DNA of 34,883 nucleotides from a virus: IMG/VR virus record IMGVR_UViG_3300045988_092951; one strand, 5' to 3'. Shown piece by piece: positions 1 to 6,250 of this stretch (position 1 is its first letter; each line of letters starts with the position of its first letter). The notes under the pieces were generated by a model. It saw only the letters and a program-made list of their open reading frames with translations, ran no database searches and was not told where the DNA came from. The position numbers and the translations under genes were made by a program.

Positions 1-55
1 ATGGTGCAACACTCAGCACGAATGATGTTGTATTCAATCTGTGGGTCACTGATGA
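1..55. repeat. 55-nt terminal direct repeat, copy 1 (identical to 34829..34883); circular-assembly overlap
   Basis: Read directly: atggtgcaacactcagcacgaatgatgttgtattcaatctgtgggtcactgatga is present at both ends of the window. Confidence 0.95.
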
Positions 56-599
56 AGTGTTTCTGTCTGGTCAGTTCAGCGACACAGAGGAACACGGCTG
101 GCTTGACCTCGATGCACAAACAAATAATCTAGTATGTCCTTGTGTAGTTATTTACACGTATCCAGATAAAAGACGTTGGGTAATTTACAAACAAAATGAC
201 CTAATTGCTTTTGGTATCCAAAGCAATCAGAACGAAAGACCTCCGATATTTACCGTTATCGGTGAGGTAACGGACTATGAAACGCAGGAAAAGAGTTATG
301 GTTTGGCAACAAGTTATGCAAATAACAAATCAAACCAGTACTCCGTGTTTACTGACGGAACAGCAATAAGGTCAATGCCTTACAGACCAATGTGCAGACG
401 AAAGGCAATTACTTCTCTTGCACCTGTGACGTCGTCAACGCTGAACAAGGGTTTTACAAACCTTTATCATGTTCTTTCACACACATCGGGTCTAGAAGAT
501 GATCAAAATTATCCTGACTACACAGTTCCCACGCAGACAGTGCTGCTTAACGGCAAGAAATATCTGTTAAGCAGATTTGCATTTGAGATAAAGGAGTGA
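1..599 (+). CDS. C-terminal part of a wrap-around gene that starts at 34738. Putative tail fibre / receptor-binding protein, 229 aa once the duplicated 55 nt is removed.
   Basis: The frame is open from the left edge and continuous with the frame of ATG 34738 through the 55-nt repeat. It is the last gene of the tail module, just before the lysis cassette. The listed GTG 57 start is an artefact of the window edge. Confidence 0.7.
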   Translation, partial: GATLSTNDVVFNLWVTDEVFLSGQFSDTEEHGWLDLDAQTNNLVCPCVVIYTYPDKRRWVIYKQNDLIAFGIQSNQNERPPIFTVIGEVTDYETQEKSYGLATSYANNKSNQYSVFTDGTAIRSMPYRPMCRRKAITSLAPVTSSTLNKGFTNLYHVLSHTSGLEDDQNYPDYTVPTQTVLLNGKKYLLSRFAFEIKE

Positions 600-606
600 G
601 CAAGAT

Positions 607-795
607 ATGAAACAGAAATTTGCAAAGCTTATAGACGTCAAGTCTATCGTGACGATACTGCTGACGGCAGTGTTCTGCGTGTTGGCACTTCGCCGCACGA
701 TAACTGCAGAACAGTTCATCACGGTGTTTACTGTGGTGATATCGTTCTATTTCGGCACGCAGTCAGCCAAAAGAAAGTCAGGTGATGATGAATGA
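607..795 (+). CDS. Putative holin (62 aa, two hydrophobic helices, charged C-terminus)
   Basis: AAGGAG RBS upstream of the ATG. Predicted TM segments IVTILLTAVFCVLAL and FITVFTVVISFYFG, with a KRKSGDDE tail. It lies immediately upstream of the endolysin. Confidence 0.65.
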   Translation: MKQKFAKLIDVKSIVTILLTAVFCVLALRRTITAEQFITVFTVVISFYFGTQSAKRKSGDDE

Positions 796-1061
796 CGGAG
801 GCAATTATCGTCGCACTGATAACGGCTGCGTCTGCGGTAGCGTGTCAGCTTGTTATTGCGGCAAACAGCCGTAAGACTATGCAGCAGGCACAGTACGACA
901 GCCAAAAGCTTATTGAGTACAAGATAGACAAGCTGTCTGAGCGTGTGGACAAGCACAACAGTGTTATTGCTCGCACCTATAAGCTGGAACAGGATTATGC
1001 GGTGGTCGCTGAACAGATAAAGGTCGCAAACCACCGCATCGAAGATTTAGAAAGGAAGTAA
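792..1061 (+). CDS. Membrane-anchored coiled-coil protein, lysis-associated (holin partner / XhlA-like role)
   Basis: ATGA overlap with the holin stop. N-terminal TM segment [21 protein letters not shown] followed by a heptad-rich region. Located between the holin and the endolysin. Confidence 0.5.
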   Translation: MTEAIIVALITAASAVACQLVIAANSRKTMQQAQYDSQKLIEYKIDKLSERVDKHNSVIARTYKLEQDYAVVAEQIKVANHRIEDLERK

Positions 1062-1065
1062 TTTT

Positions 1066-1881
1066 ATGGCAAAGACATTTAAGGGCATTGACGTTTCACA
1101 GTATCAGCAGAACATTGACTTCAAGAAGGTCAAGGCTTCGGGGGTCGATTTCGTTATCATTCGTGCTGGTTACGGCAAGTATGCACATCAGAAAGACCCA
1201 TATTTTGGGAGCCACTACAAGGCAGCTAAGGCGGCAGGGCTAAAGGTCGGTGCTTACTGGTATAGCTATGCGGCAACTGTTGTGGAAGCAAAGGCAGAGG
1301 CTCAGACCTGTATCAACGCTATCAAGGGCAAGACGTTTGAGTATCCGATATACTTTGACCTCGAGGAGCGTTCACAGTTCGCAAAGGGTAGAGTATTTTG
1401 CAACAGCCTTGTCAAGACTTTCTGCAATGCACTTGAGCACGCAGGCTATTGGGCAGGACTGTATATCAGCCGTTCGCCTTTACAGCAGTACATATCTGCC
1501 TCTGTTGCTAAGAGATACGCTCTGTGGGTCGCTGAGTACGGCTCACGTTGCAACTTTAGCGGCACTTATGGTATGTGGCAGTACAGTTCTACTGGCAGAG
1601 TCAGCGGTATCAGCGGCAATGTTGATATGGACATCTGCTATGTGGACTATCCTGCGAAGATCAAGGCGGCAGGGCTGAACGGCTTCAAGAAGACCAACAG
1701 CTCGACCACAAAGCCGTCTGCAAGCCACGCCAAGAAGACAGTGACTTATACTGTGAAGCGTGGTGACACACTCTCGGGCATCGCACGGCGTTACAAGACC
1801 ACTGTTGCGAAGCTTGCTAAGAATAATGGTATCAAGAACGCTAATCTCATTTATGTTGGGCAGAAAATTAAAATCAAGTAG
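1066..1881 (+). CDS. Endolysin: GH25 muramidase domain plus C-terminal LysM domain
   Basis: The N-terminus [32 protein letters not shown] is typical of GH25. The C-terminus [43 protein letters not shown] is a LysM repeat. Confidence 0.9.
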   Translation: MAKTFKGIDVSQYQQNIDFKKVKASGVDFVIIRAGYGKYAHQKDPYFGSHYKAAKAAGLKVGAYWYSYAATVVEAKAEAQTCINAIKGKTFEYPIYFDLEERSQFAKGRVFCNSLVKTFCNALEHAGYWAGLYISRSPLQQYISASVAKRYALWVAEYGSRCNFSGTYGMWQYSSTGRVSGISGNVDMDICYVDYPAKIKAAGLNGFKKTNSSTTKPSASHAKKTVTYTVKRGDTLSGIARRYKTTVAKLAKNNGIKNANLIYVGQKIKIK

Positions 1882-1889
1882 GTAGTAAG

Positions 1890-1935
1890 ACAGCCGTCTC
1901 GGACTTTTATGGGTCTGAGGCGGCTGTTCTTATCG
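1890..1935 (+). terminator. Hairpin terminator after the endolysin, between convergent operons
   Basis: Arms 1890-1903 and 1914-1927 form 14 bp. Two positions are G-U pairs in the + transcript and would be A-C mismatches in the minus transcript. The U tract is weak. Confidence 0.5.
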
Positions 1936-1940
1936 TTATA

Positions 1941-2339
1941 CTATTGACCATCGAACATTGCATTAATATTCATTGGTGGCATTACTATTGGTTCTATTCC
2001 TGGTTGTGAAGTTATCAATGTGAGTTCACTCCTCAAATAAGGGAATAAAATAGACACGGTATTTTTATTCATTATTGATTCTCTTAACAAATCATTACTG
2101 CATTCCAAACTGAAATTTCCACAAAGTTCAATAATTATATGAAAATCAGAATCGTTCATTGACGTAACTGTTAGTTTTAATTTAGTGCAAAAAACTGATT
2201 CATCAGATGTTTCAACTTCTTTTTTTAAGTTGAAATTCAACTCATCAATAGGGCACTCATTTGGATTTACATATTCAACTTGTGTAAATTTAATACTTAA
2301 TGATTTTAAGATACTGTGCTGTTTCTGCGAAAGTTCCAT
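1941..2339 (-). CDS. SecB-like chaperone (132 aa), third gene of the cassette
   Basis: AGGAGG RBS 7 nt upstream. TVSILFPYLRSELTLITSQPGIEPIVMPPMNINAMF aligns with E. coli SecB [36 protein letters not shown] (recalled from memory). The upstream blocks also align: LKLTVTS with LRVTVTA, and FHIIIELCGNFSL with FLCEVQQAGIFSI. Confidence 0.8.
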   Translation of the reverse strand: MELSQKQHSILKSLSIKFTQVEYVNPNECPIDELNFNLKKEVETSDESVFCTKLKLTVTSMNDSDFHIIIELCGNFSLECSNDLLRESIMNKNTVSILFPYLRSELTLITSQPGIEPIVMPPMNINAMFDGQ

Positions 2340-2355
2340 ATAATCCTCCTATAAT

Positions 2356-2550
2356 CTATGAAGCCAATAATTCAGTTGAATCGTCTACTAAATAGTATTC
2401 GTCAAATAATTCCATAGCGGTTAGAAACAAAACATCATTCTTGATGCAACCGCTCTTATCAATTACACAACCACCTCGACCTTTGCATACTTCAGAGTAA
2501 CCAATACCATTAAGTTCGGCAATAGATTTTATCATTTCTTTACTTATCAT
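2356..2550 (-). CDS. 64-aa protein, middle gene of the cassette (candidate antitoxin/adaptor)
   Basis: GGAGGG RBS inside the 3' end of the upstream gene, and an ATGA start/stop overlap at 2547-2550. The C-terminus is acidic, aromatic and hydrophobic: VLFLTAMELFDEYYLVDDSTELLAS. Confidence 0.7.
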   Translation of the reverse strand: MISKEMIKSIAELNGIGYSEVCKGRGGCVIDKSGCIKNDVLFLTAMELFDEYYLVDDSTELLAS

Positions 2551-3140
2551 ATATAACCCTCCATACTAAAATCTGCAGCAAGACGTAAGTTTTCAATTAT
2601 ACTCTTATCATACACACATATTTGAGTTTCTATGCCAGACATTAAAAGAAAATTAGTTTTGTGATTAGACGAAAATTGCATATCCATACAAAATGAACAC
2701 ATAATACCTGCAATTTGAAATTGATTTGCGAAAGAATCAAATGTAAAACATCTCTTTCTTTTGGTAACTTGAATACTAAAGTCTTTTGAATTTCTATTCA
2801 ATCCTTTTGTAAAATCTAGACATATTCCATCGCTTTTTATCATTTTGTCCAAATCAAGGGCAAACTTTTTAAACTTTCTCAGATGTGCTGAATCTTCAAG
2901 ATTGTATAACTTCTCTTTATTCATGTCAGCCACAACAACGTCATAATTTGTTTTATACTTTTTACTTTTACTTACTGCCCATCGTTTGGCTTCTTCATAG
3001 CAAGGATAAAAATATATTCCGTGACCAAGCCAATGATCATCACTATCTCTGCGCTTCGGATCCATAAATCCATTGTCAACTATGTCAAAAGCCCATTCTT
3101 TCAATGTACCATGAAATACATTTATATAATTAAATTTCAA
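2547..3140 (-). CDS. PARP-like (H-Y-E class) ADP-ribosyltransferase-fold protein, 197 aa (candidate toxin/effector)
   Basis: TTG start with a GGTGA RBS. Three motifs are present: VFHGT (H10), GHGIYFY (Y43) and ETQICVYD (E171). They resemble PARP1 HGS, GKGIYFA and NEYIVYD. The H-to-Y spacing is 33 aa, against 34 aa in PARP1. Confidence 0.65.
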   Translation of the reverse strand: MKFNYINVFHGTLKEWAFDIVDNGFMDPKRRDSDDHWLGHGIYFYPCYEEAKRWAVSKSKKYKTNYDVVVADMNKEKLYNLEDSAHLRKFKKFALDLDKMIKSDGICLDFTKGLNRNSKDFSIQVTKRKRCFTFDSFANQFQIAGIMCSFCMDMQFSSNHKTNFLLMSGIETQICVYDKSIIENLRLAADFSMEGYI

Positions 3141-3188
3141 AAAATCACCTTGCTTTTAAGCAGACTGTATAACTCTAAAACTAATTAT

Positions 3189-3217
3189 ATTATATCATGC
3201 TTGTCAAGTACTATCAA
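3189..3217 (-). promoter_or_regulatory. Sigma-A-type promoter of the three-gene cassette
   Basis: On the minus strand: TTGATA (3212-3217), 17-nt spacer, TGaTATAAT (-10 at 3189-3194). Confidence 0.7.
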
Positions 3218-3388
3218 TTGATATTAAATTACAAAAGTTACGAATTGGATACAAAATGTAGTGACACTATAATATGCAACTTTTTTAAAGTCCGCCCCAC
3301 CAAGCTTCAAAAAGTTATACCCACTCTAAAACCACCTAAATATGCCGTTTCAGCACAGGTAGTACATCTCAATGCTTGACGTTTTGCG

Positions 3389-3408
3389 TACACGAATTAT
3401 ACACGATA
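3389..3408 (+). repeat. Putative integrase arm-type sites, left pair (TACACGAWT twice, 11-bp phasing)
   Basis: tacacgaat at 3389-3397 and tacacgata at 3400-3408. The same 8-9-mer recurs twice at 3592-3611. Confidence 0.5.
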
Positions 3409-3530
3409 AAGCTGAATTGTAAATATATGCTTGTGAAACACGGAGCAAGAAAAACGGCTTAAATGACGTAAATGCGTGGTTTACAAGCAATTTTATAAAG
3501 CAATAAAAAGTGGTGTGAAGTGGTATATTT

Positions 3531-3549
3531 AATCTCTCCATCTCCGCCA
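3531..3549 (+). other. Putative attP core resembling the 3' end of a tRNA (T-loop/T-stem, acceptor strand, G discriminator, CCA)
   Basis: aatctctccatctccgcca reads as part of the T-loop, then T-stem CTCTC, acceptor CATCTCC, G and CCA. No matching 5' half lies upstream. It is followed at once by a terminator and is flanked by the arm repeats next to int. Confidence 0.45.
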
Positions 3550-3555
3550 AACGAA

Positions 3556-3588
3556 CAAAAACCACCGTATTTACGGTGGTTTTCTTTT
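3556..3588. terminator. Bidirectional rho-independent terminator (end of int; also downstream of the tRNA-like core)
   Basis: Stem accaccg/cggtggt (3561-3567 and 3574-3580), with an A run on the left and tttctttt on the right. Confidence 0.75.
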
Positions 3589-3591
3589 GTA

Positions 3592-3611
3592 TACACGATT
3601 TTTACACGATT
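3592..3611 (+). repeat. Putative integrase arm-type sites, right pair (TACACGATT twice, 11-bp phasing)
   Basis: tacacgatt at 3592-3600 and 3603-3611, in the same orientation as the left pair. It overlaps the 3' end of int. Confidence 0.5.
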
Positions 3612-4753
3612 GTGTTCAATATCTTCACTGCACGTTCTTCCTCTCGTGGGTAGAGGTGCGAGTAGGTGTTCCATGTCATTGATATGTTGGAATGTCCAAG
3701 ACGTCTTGCTATCTCCTGAATGTTTATGCCCTCATTGGCGAGCAAAGAAGCGTGGCTGTGACGGAAGTCATGAATACGGATACGTTTGACACCTGCCAAG
3801 TCTGCAAACTTCTTATTTGTCTTTTCAAGGGACGTGTCACGGATAGGACGCTCACCGCCGCAGATGTACATATCATCACTGAACTTTGGTACTGCTTTCT
3901 TACAGCGTTCGTAATGTTCTGACAGCACTGCTCTTAACGGCTCTGGTATCTGTATCGTCCGTATGCTTGGCTTGTTCTTTGGCGGCGTGATACGATCACC
4001 GCCTTTGAGCTTCTGAGCAATGCTCTTGGTGATGGATATGTAGCCGTCTTTTATATCCGTCCATTGCAGAGCGTATATCTCGCCTTTTCGCATACCCATG
4101 TAAAATGCTATGTTGAAAAATACATAGTAGTTCCATTCGTACATTGAACCGCCGTCCTCTGCTTCCTGAGCGTAATTCTTAGCTGCCGATATGTATTTCT
4201 TGAACTCGTCAGGCGTGTAGAAAAGCATTTCTTTCTTGGCTTCAAGGGGCGCTTTGAAGTTGCCTGCGGTGATAACGGGGTTTTTCGGAATGTATTCCAT
4301 TTTCACAGCATAGTTCATCATTGCACGAAATTCGCCATAAATGTTCTTTCGAGTGACGATAGCCAATCCCTGTTCTGACAGCTCCTGCTTCCATTTCTGC
4401 ACCATTGGTACGTTCAGATTATCTATCTTCACGCTTTCAAAGGTGGGCAGGACGTTCTTTTTCAGTATTCTTAGGGATTTGTCCAATGATGTTTCACGGA
4501 CCTCTGAACGCTTGGCGGTGATGTACTCCGTGAACAGCTGTCCGATAGTCATTTTTGGAGCTATCTCTTTAGCATTGAGCTTTTGTGTAAGCTGGAGTTC
4601 AAGCTGCTTAGCCGTCTCTGCACCGAACGCCACACGGTCTATCTGATGAGACTTTCCGAAACTGTCCGTATAATTGATACGCACACGATATTTTTGCAGA
4701 CCATCTTTTCTGATGTTCTTTCCGTTCTTGTCTGTCATTTTGTAGATCGGCAT
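3602..4753 (-). CDS. int: Tyrosine site-specific integrase (phage integrase family)
   Basis: The C-terminal catalytic region RIHDFRHSHASLLANEGINIQEIARRLGHSNISMTWNTYSHLY carries the R..HxxR..Y signature. The start is set at ATG 4753 (MPIYK), 7 nt after AGGAGG, rather than the longer ORF start at 4777. Confidence 0.92.
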   Translation of the reverse strand: MPIYKMTDKNGKNIRKDGLQKYRVRINYTDSFGKSHQIDRVAFGAETAKQLELQLTQKLNAKEIAPKMTIGQLFTEYITAKRSEVRETSLDKSLRILKKNVLPTFESVKIDNLNVPMVQKWKQELSEQGLAIVTRKNIYGEFRAMMNYAVKMEYIPKNPVITAGNFKAPLEAKKEMLFYTPDEFKKYISAAKNYAQEAEDGGSMYEWNYYVFFNIAFYMGMRKGEIYALQWTDIKDGYISITKSIAQKLKGGDRITPPKNKPSIRTIQIPEPLRAVLSEHYERCKKAVPKFSDDMYICGGERPIRDTSLEKTNKKFADLAGVKRIRIHDFRHSHASLLANEGINIQEIARRLGHSNISMTWNTYSHLYPREEERAVKILNTIV

Positions 4754-4770
4754 AAATATTCCTCCTATTC

Positions 4771-4799
4771 TTGACACTTCCTCGAAAGTGTGCTACAAT
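4771..4799 (+). promoter_or_regulatory. Orphan sigma-A promoter facing away from int
   Basis: TTGACA (4771-4776), 17-nt spacer, TGcTACAAT (-10 at 4794-4799). Confidence 0.65.
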
Positions 4800-4805
4800 G
4801 AAAGG

Positions 4806-4917
4806 GCAGAATAAGCCCTTTTGTGGTGATTGGGTTTTGTTCGTTTTGAGCTGATATTGGTAGTATCCGCTCTGCTCGCCTCTGAGTGTTGGTAGCACTT
4901 GGGGGCGAGATTTTTTT
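4806..4917 (+). ncRNA. Candidate ~110-nt small RNA between int and the TM2 gene
   Basis: It runs from the promoter at 4771-4799 to a terminator: stem 4875-4882 with 4902-4909, an inner agtg/cact stem, and T7 at 4911-4917. There is a 5' hairpin gggc..gccc at 4804-4818. No ORF with an SD is present. The terminator has a T run only in the + orientation. Confidence 0.45.
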
Positions 4918-4953
4918 CTGTCATGTCAGTATTTACAATACTAGCAGGGAATT

Positions 4954-5346
4954 TTATTTTAACACTCTGCCCTGAGCGTCAGTGAAGTTTCCCTGAAACA
5001 AATTTATCATATCAACTATTGCTCCAATAAAGAAACCTCCGAAAGTAAAGAAGTACAGCAAACCTGTGCCAGCTTTGCCTACATAAAATCTGTTCAAACC
5101 GCCCAAGCCTAAAAAGGTCAGCAGGCAAAGTATTTCAGCTGTGCTTTTGCTCTTAGGGCTTACCTGCTCAACAGGAGCTTGCGGTGCGACCTGCTGGACG
5201 TTTGTAACGTATGTGATGTGCTGAACGATATTGCTGTTATGCTCAACGTGGTTATCAATTTTCTGTGGCTGCGGAAGTTCGTGACCACAATATTCACATA
5301 CTGCTACGCCTGGTGCGTTTTCGCCTTTACAATTTGGACAAGTCAT
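4954..5346 (-). CDS. Zinc-ribbon plus TM2-domain membrane protein (130 aa)
   Basis: GGGAGG RBS. N-terminal CPNC..CEYCG zinc ribbon. The C-terminus LLTFLGLGGLNRFYVGKAGTGLLYFFTFGGFFIGAIVD is TM2-like. Confidence 0.75.
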   Translation of the reverse strand: MTCPNCKGENAPGVAVCEYCGHELPQPQKIDNHVEHNSNIVQHITYVTNVQQVAPQAPVEQVSPKSKSTAEILCLLTFLGLGGLNRFYVGKAGTGLLYFFTFGGFFIGAIVDMINLFQGNFTDAQGRVLK

Positions 5347-5394
5347 ATTTTTTCCTCCCTATAAATCGACATTTGTAAACAATTTATGAAATCA

Positions 5395-5423
5395 TTTACA
5401 TTGTCTTAAATTGGTGATATAAT
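5395..5423 (+). promoter_or_regulatory. Orphan sigma-A promoter between the TM2 gene and the repressor gene
   Basis: TTTACA (5395-5400), 17-nt spacer, TGaTATAAT (-10 at 5418-5423). Confidence 0.65.
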
Positions 5424-5429
5424 GTATTT

Positions 5430-5498
5430 GTAATCATGCGGGAGAAAATTCTGTGTGCTATCCCTGTCAGTATTTGCGGTGCTGACGGGGATTTTTTT
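5430..5498 (+). ncRNA. Candidate ~70-nt small RNA, convergent with the 3' end of the repressor gene
   Basis: Promoter at 5395-5423 and a terminator: a 10-bp stem, 5461-5470 with 5482-5491, then T7 at 5492-5498. One stem position is a G-U pair in the + RNA but an A-C mismatch in the minus RNA, so the hairpin is tuned for the + strand. Confidence 0.45.
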
Positions 5499-5499
5499 A

Positions 5500-6165
5500 T
5501 TATAAGGATTTTATAACTGTTTTTACGATGCCGAGTATTCTTATGCGGTCTCTTTCTGCACCGACAAACTCTCTTGGCTGATATTCGGGATTGAATGATA
5601 CAAGGGTTATCTTGTCATCAGAATACTTGATTTTCTTCACGACGCCGTTTTCACCGTCGATAAGGGCAACAACTACCTGTCCGTCCTCAGCCCAGTCCTG
5701 CCTTAATACTTGTATCTTGTCGCCGTTCTCTATCTTCGGATACATACTGTCCCCCGAAACGACAATGCACATTGTATTCTTAGCTTCTTCCTCGTTGACG
5801 ATATAAAGTGGCATATAGCCTACAACATAATCGTCAGCATAAGCACCAAACCCAGCCGACACGCTCTCATATATAGGTATTATATGTACGTTGTCTTGCG
5901 GGAGTATGGTTGCGTTGGAGTCTATAATATGAGAAGAATGTTTAGGGCTAGGATCATCAGTTTTTAATGCAAGATATTCAGGATTAACATTCAACTCAAT
6001 AGCGATTGATTCAAGAACAGGTAATTTTATTCTGAGAATTTTTCCTGCCTCATATCTTTGGATAGTTGATTTATTCAATCCAAGACGGATACCAAGTTCT
6101 TCTTGTGTAAGTCCTTTTTCTTCTCTTGCAGCTTTTATTCTATTTCCAATTTCTACGGTATTCAA
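5500..6165 (-). CDS. CI/LexA-like repressor: XRE-type HTH plus S24 peptidase domain
   Basis: N-terminus RIKAAREEKGLTQEELGIRLGLNKSTIQRYEAG. C-terminal S24 motifs VVSGDSMYP (Ser) and GVVKKI (Lys). TTG start with a GGTGA RBS. Confidence 0.9.
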   Translation of the reverse strand: MNTVEIGNRIKAAREEKGLTQEELGIRLGLNKSTIQRYEAGKILRIKLPVLESIAIELNVNPEYLALKTDDPSPKHSSHIIDSNATILPQDNVHIIPIYESVSAGFGAYADDYVVGYMPLYIVNEEEAKNTMCIVVSGDSMYPKIENGDKIQVLRQDWAEDGQVVVALIDGENGVVKKIKYSDDKITLVSFNPEYQPREFVGAERDRIRILGIVKTVIKSL

Positions 6166-6193
6166 ATCTTGCTCACCTGCTTTCGTTATAATG

Positions 6194-6222
6194 ATTATAT
6201 CACATTAAATTGCATAATGCAA
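6194..6222 (-). promoter_or_regulatory. Leftward promoter of the repressor gene; its -35 lies inside operator O1
   Basis: On the minus strand: TTGCAT (6217-6222), 17-nt spacer, TGaTATAAT (-10 at 6194-6199). Confidence 0.65.
6210..6222. promoter_or_regulatory. Operator O1: perfect palindrome TTGCATAATGCAA
   Basis: 13-bp perfect palindrome, identical to 6307-6319. Confidence 0.7.
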
Positions 6223-6250
6223 TAGCTTTTTTGAAAAAAATAAAAAAATG

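Noticed and set aside
1-55. The 55-nt terminal repeat as a biological direct terminal repeat or cos end
   Set aside because: The length and exactness fit a k-mer assembly overlap, and a gene reads straight through it. The PBSX-type terminase also suggests headful packaging.
1250-1678. 142-aa alternative-frame + ORF inside the endolysin gene
   Set aside because: The GH25 frame is unambiguous. The alternative frame has no RBS and is Arg/Ser/Leu-rich.
3500-3552. A complete tRNA gene ending at 3549
   Set aside because: Only the 3' ~19 nt look tRNA-like. The upstream sequence cannot form the matching T-stem, anticodon arm or acceptor 5' strand.
3197-3789. Several 60-89-aa ORFs in the attP region (3197-3379, 3350-3565, 3459-3674, 3520-3789)
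   Set aside because: The region is AT-rich and non-coding, with no RBS. The ORFs overlap each other, the terminator and the int 3' end. An attachment site explains the region better.
3549-4847. Inverted 12-nt match (aaacgaacaaaa / ttttgttcgttt) flanking the int gene
   Set aside because: It is low-complexity A/T-rich sequence, and matches of this length are expected by chance several times in a genome this size. I mention it only under sRNA 1.
4798-4853. 18-codon ORF inside candidate sRNA 1, and a 26-aa ORF (5436-5516) inside candidate sRNA 2
   Set aside because: The first ATG overlaps the -10 hexamer, so it lies upstream of the predicted transcription start. The second has no SD and extends beyond the terminator.
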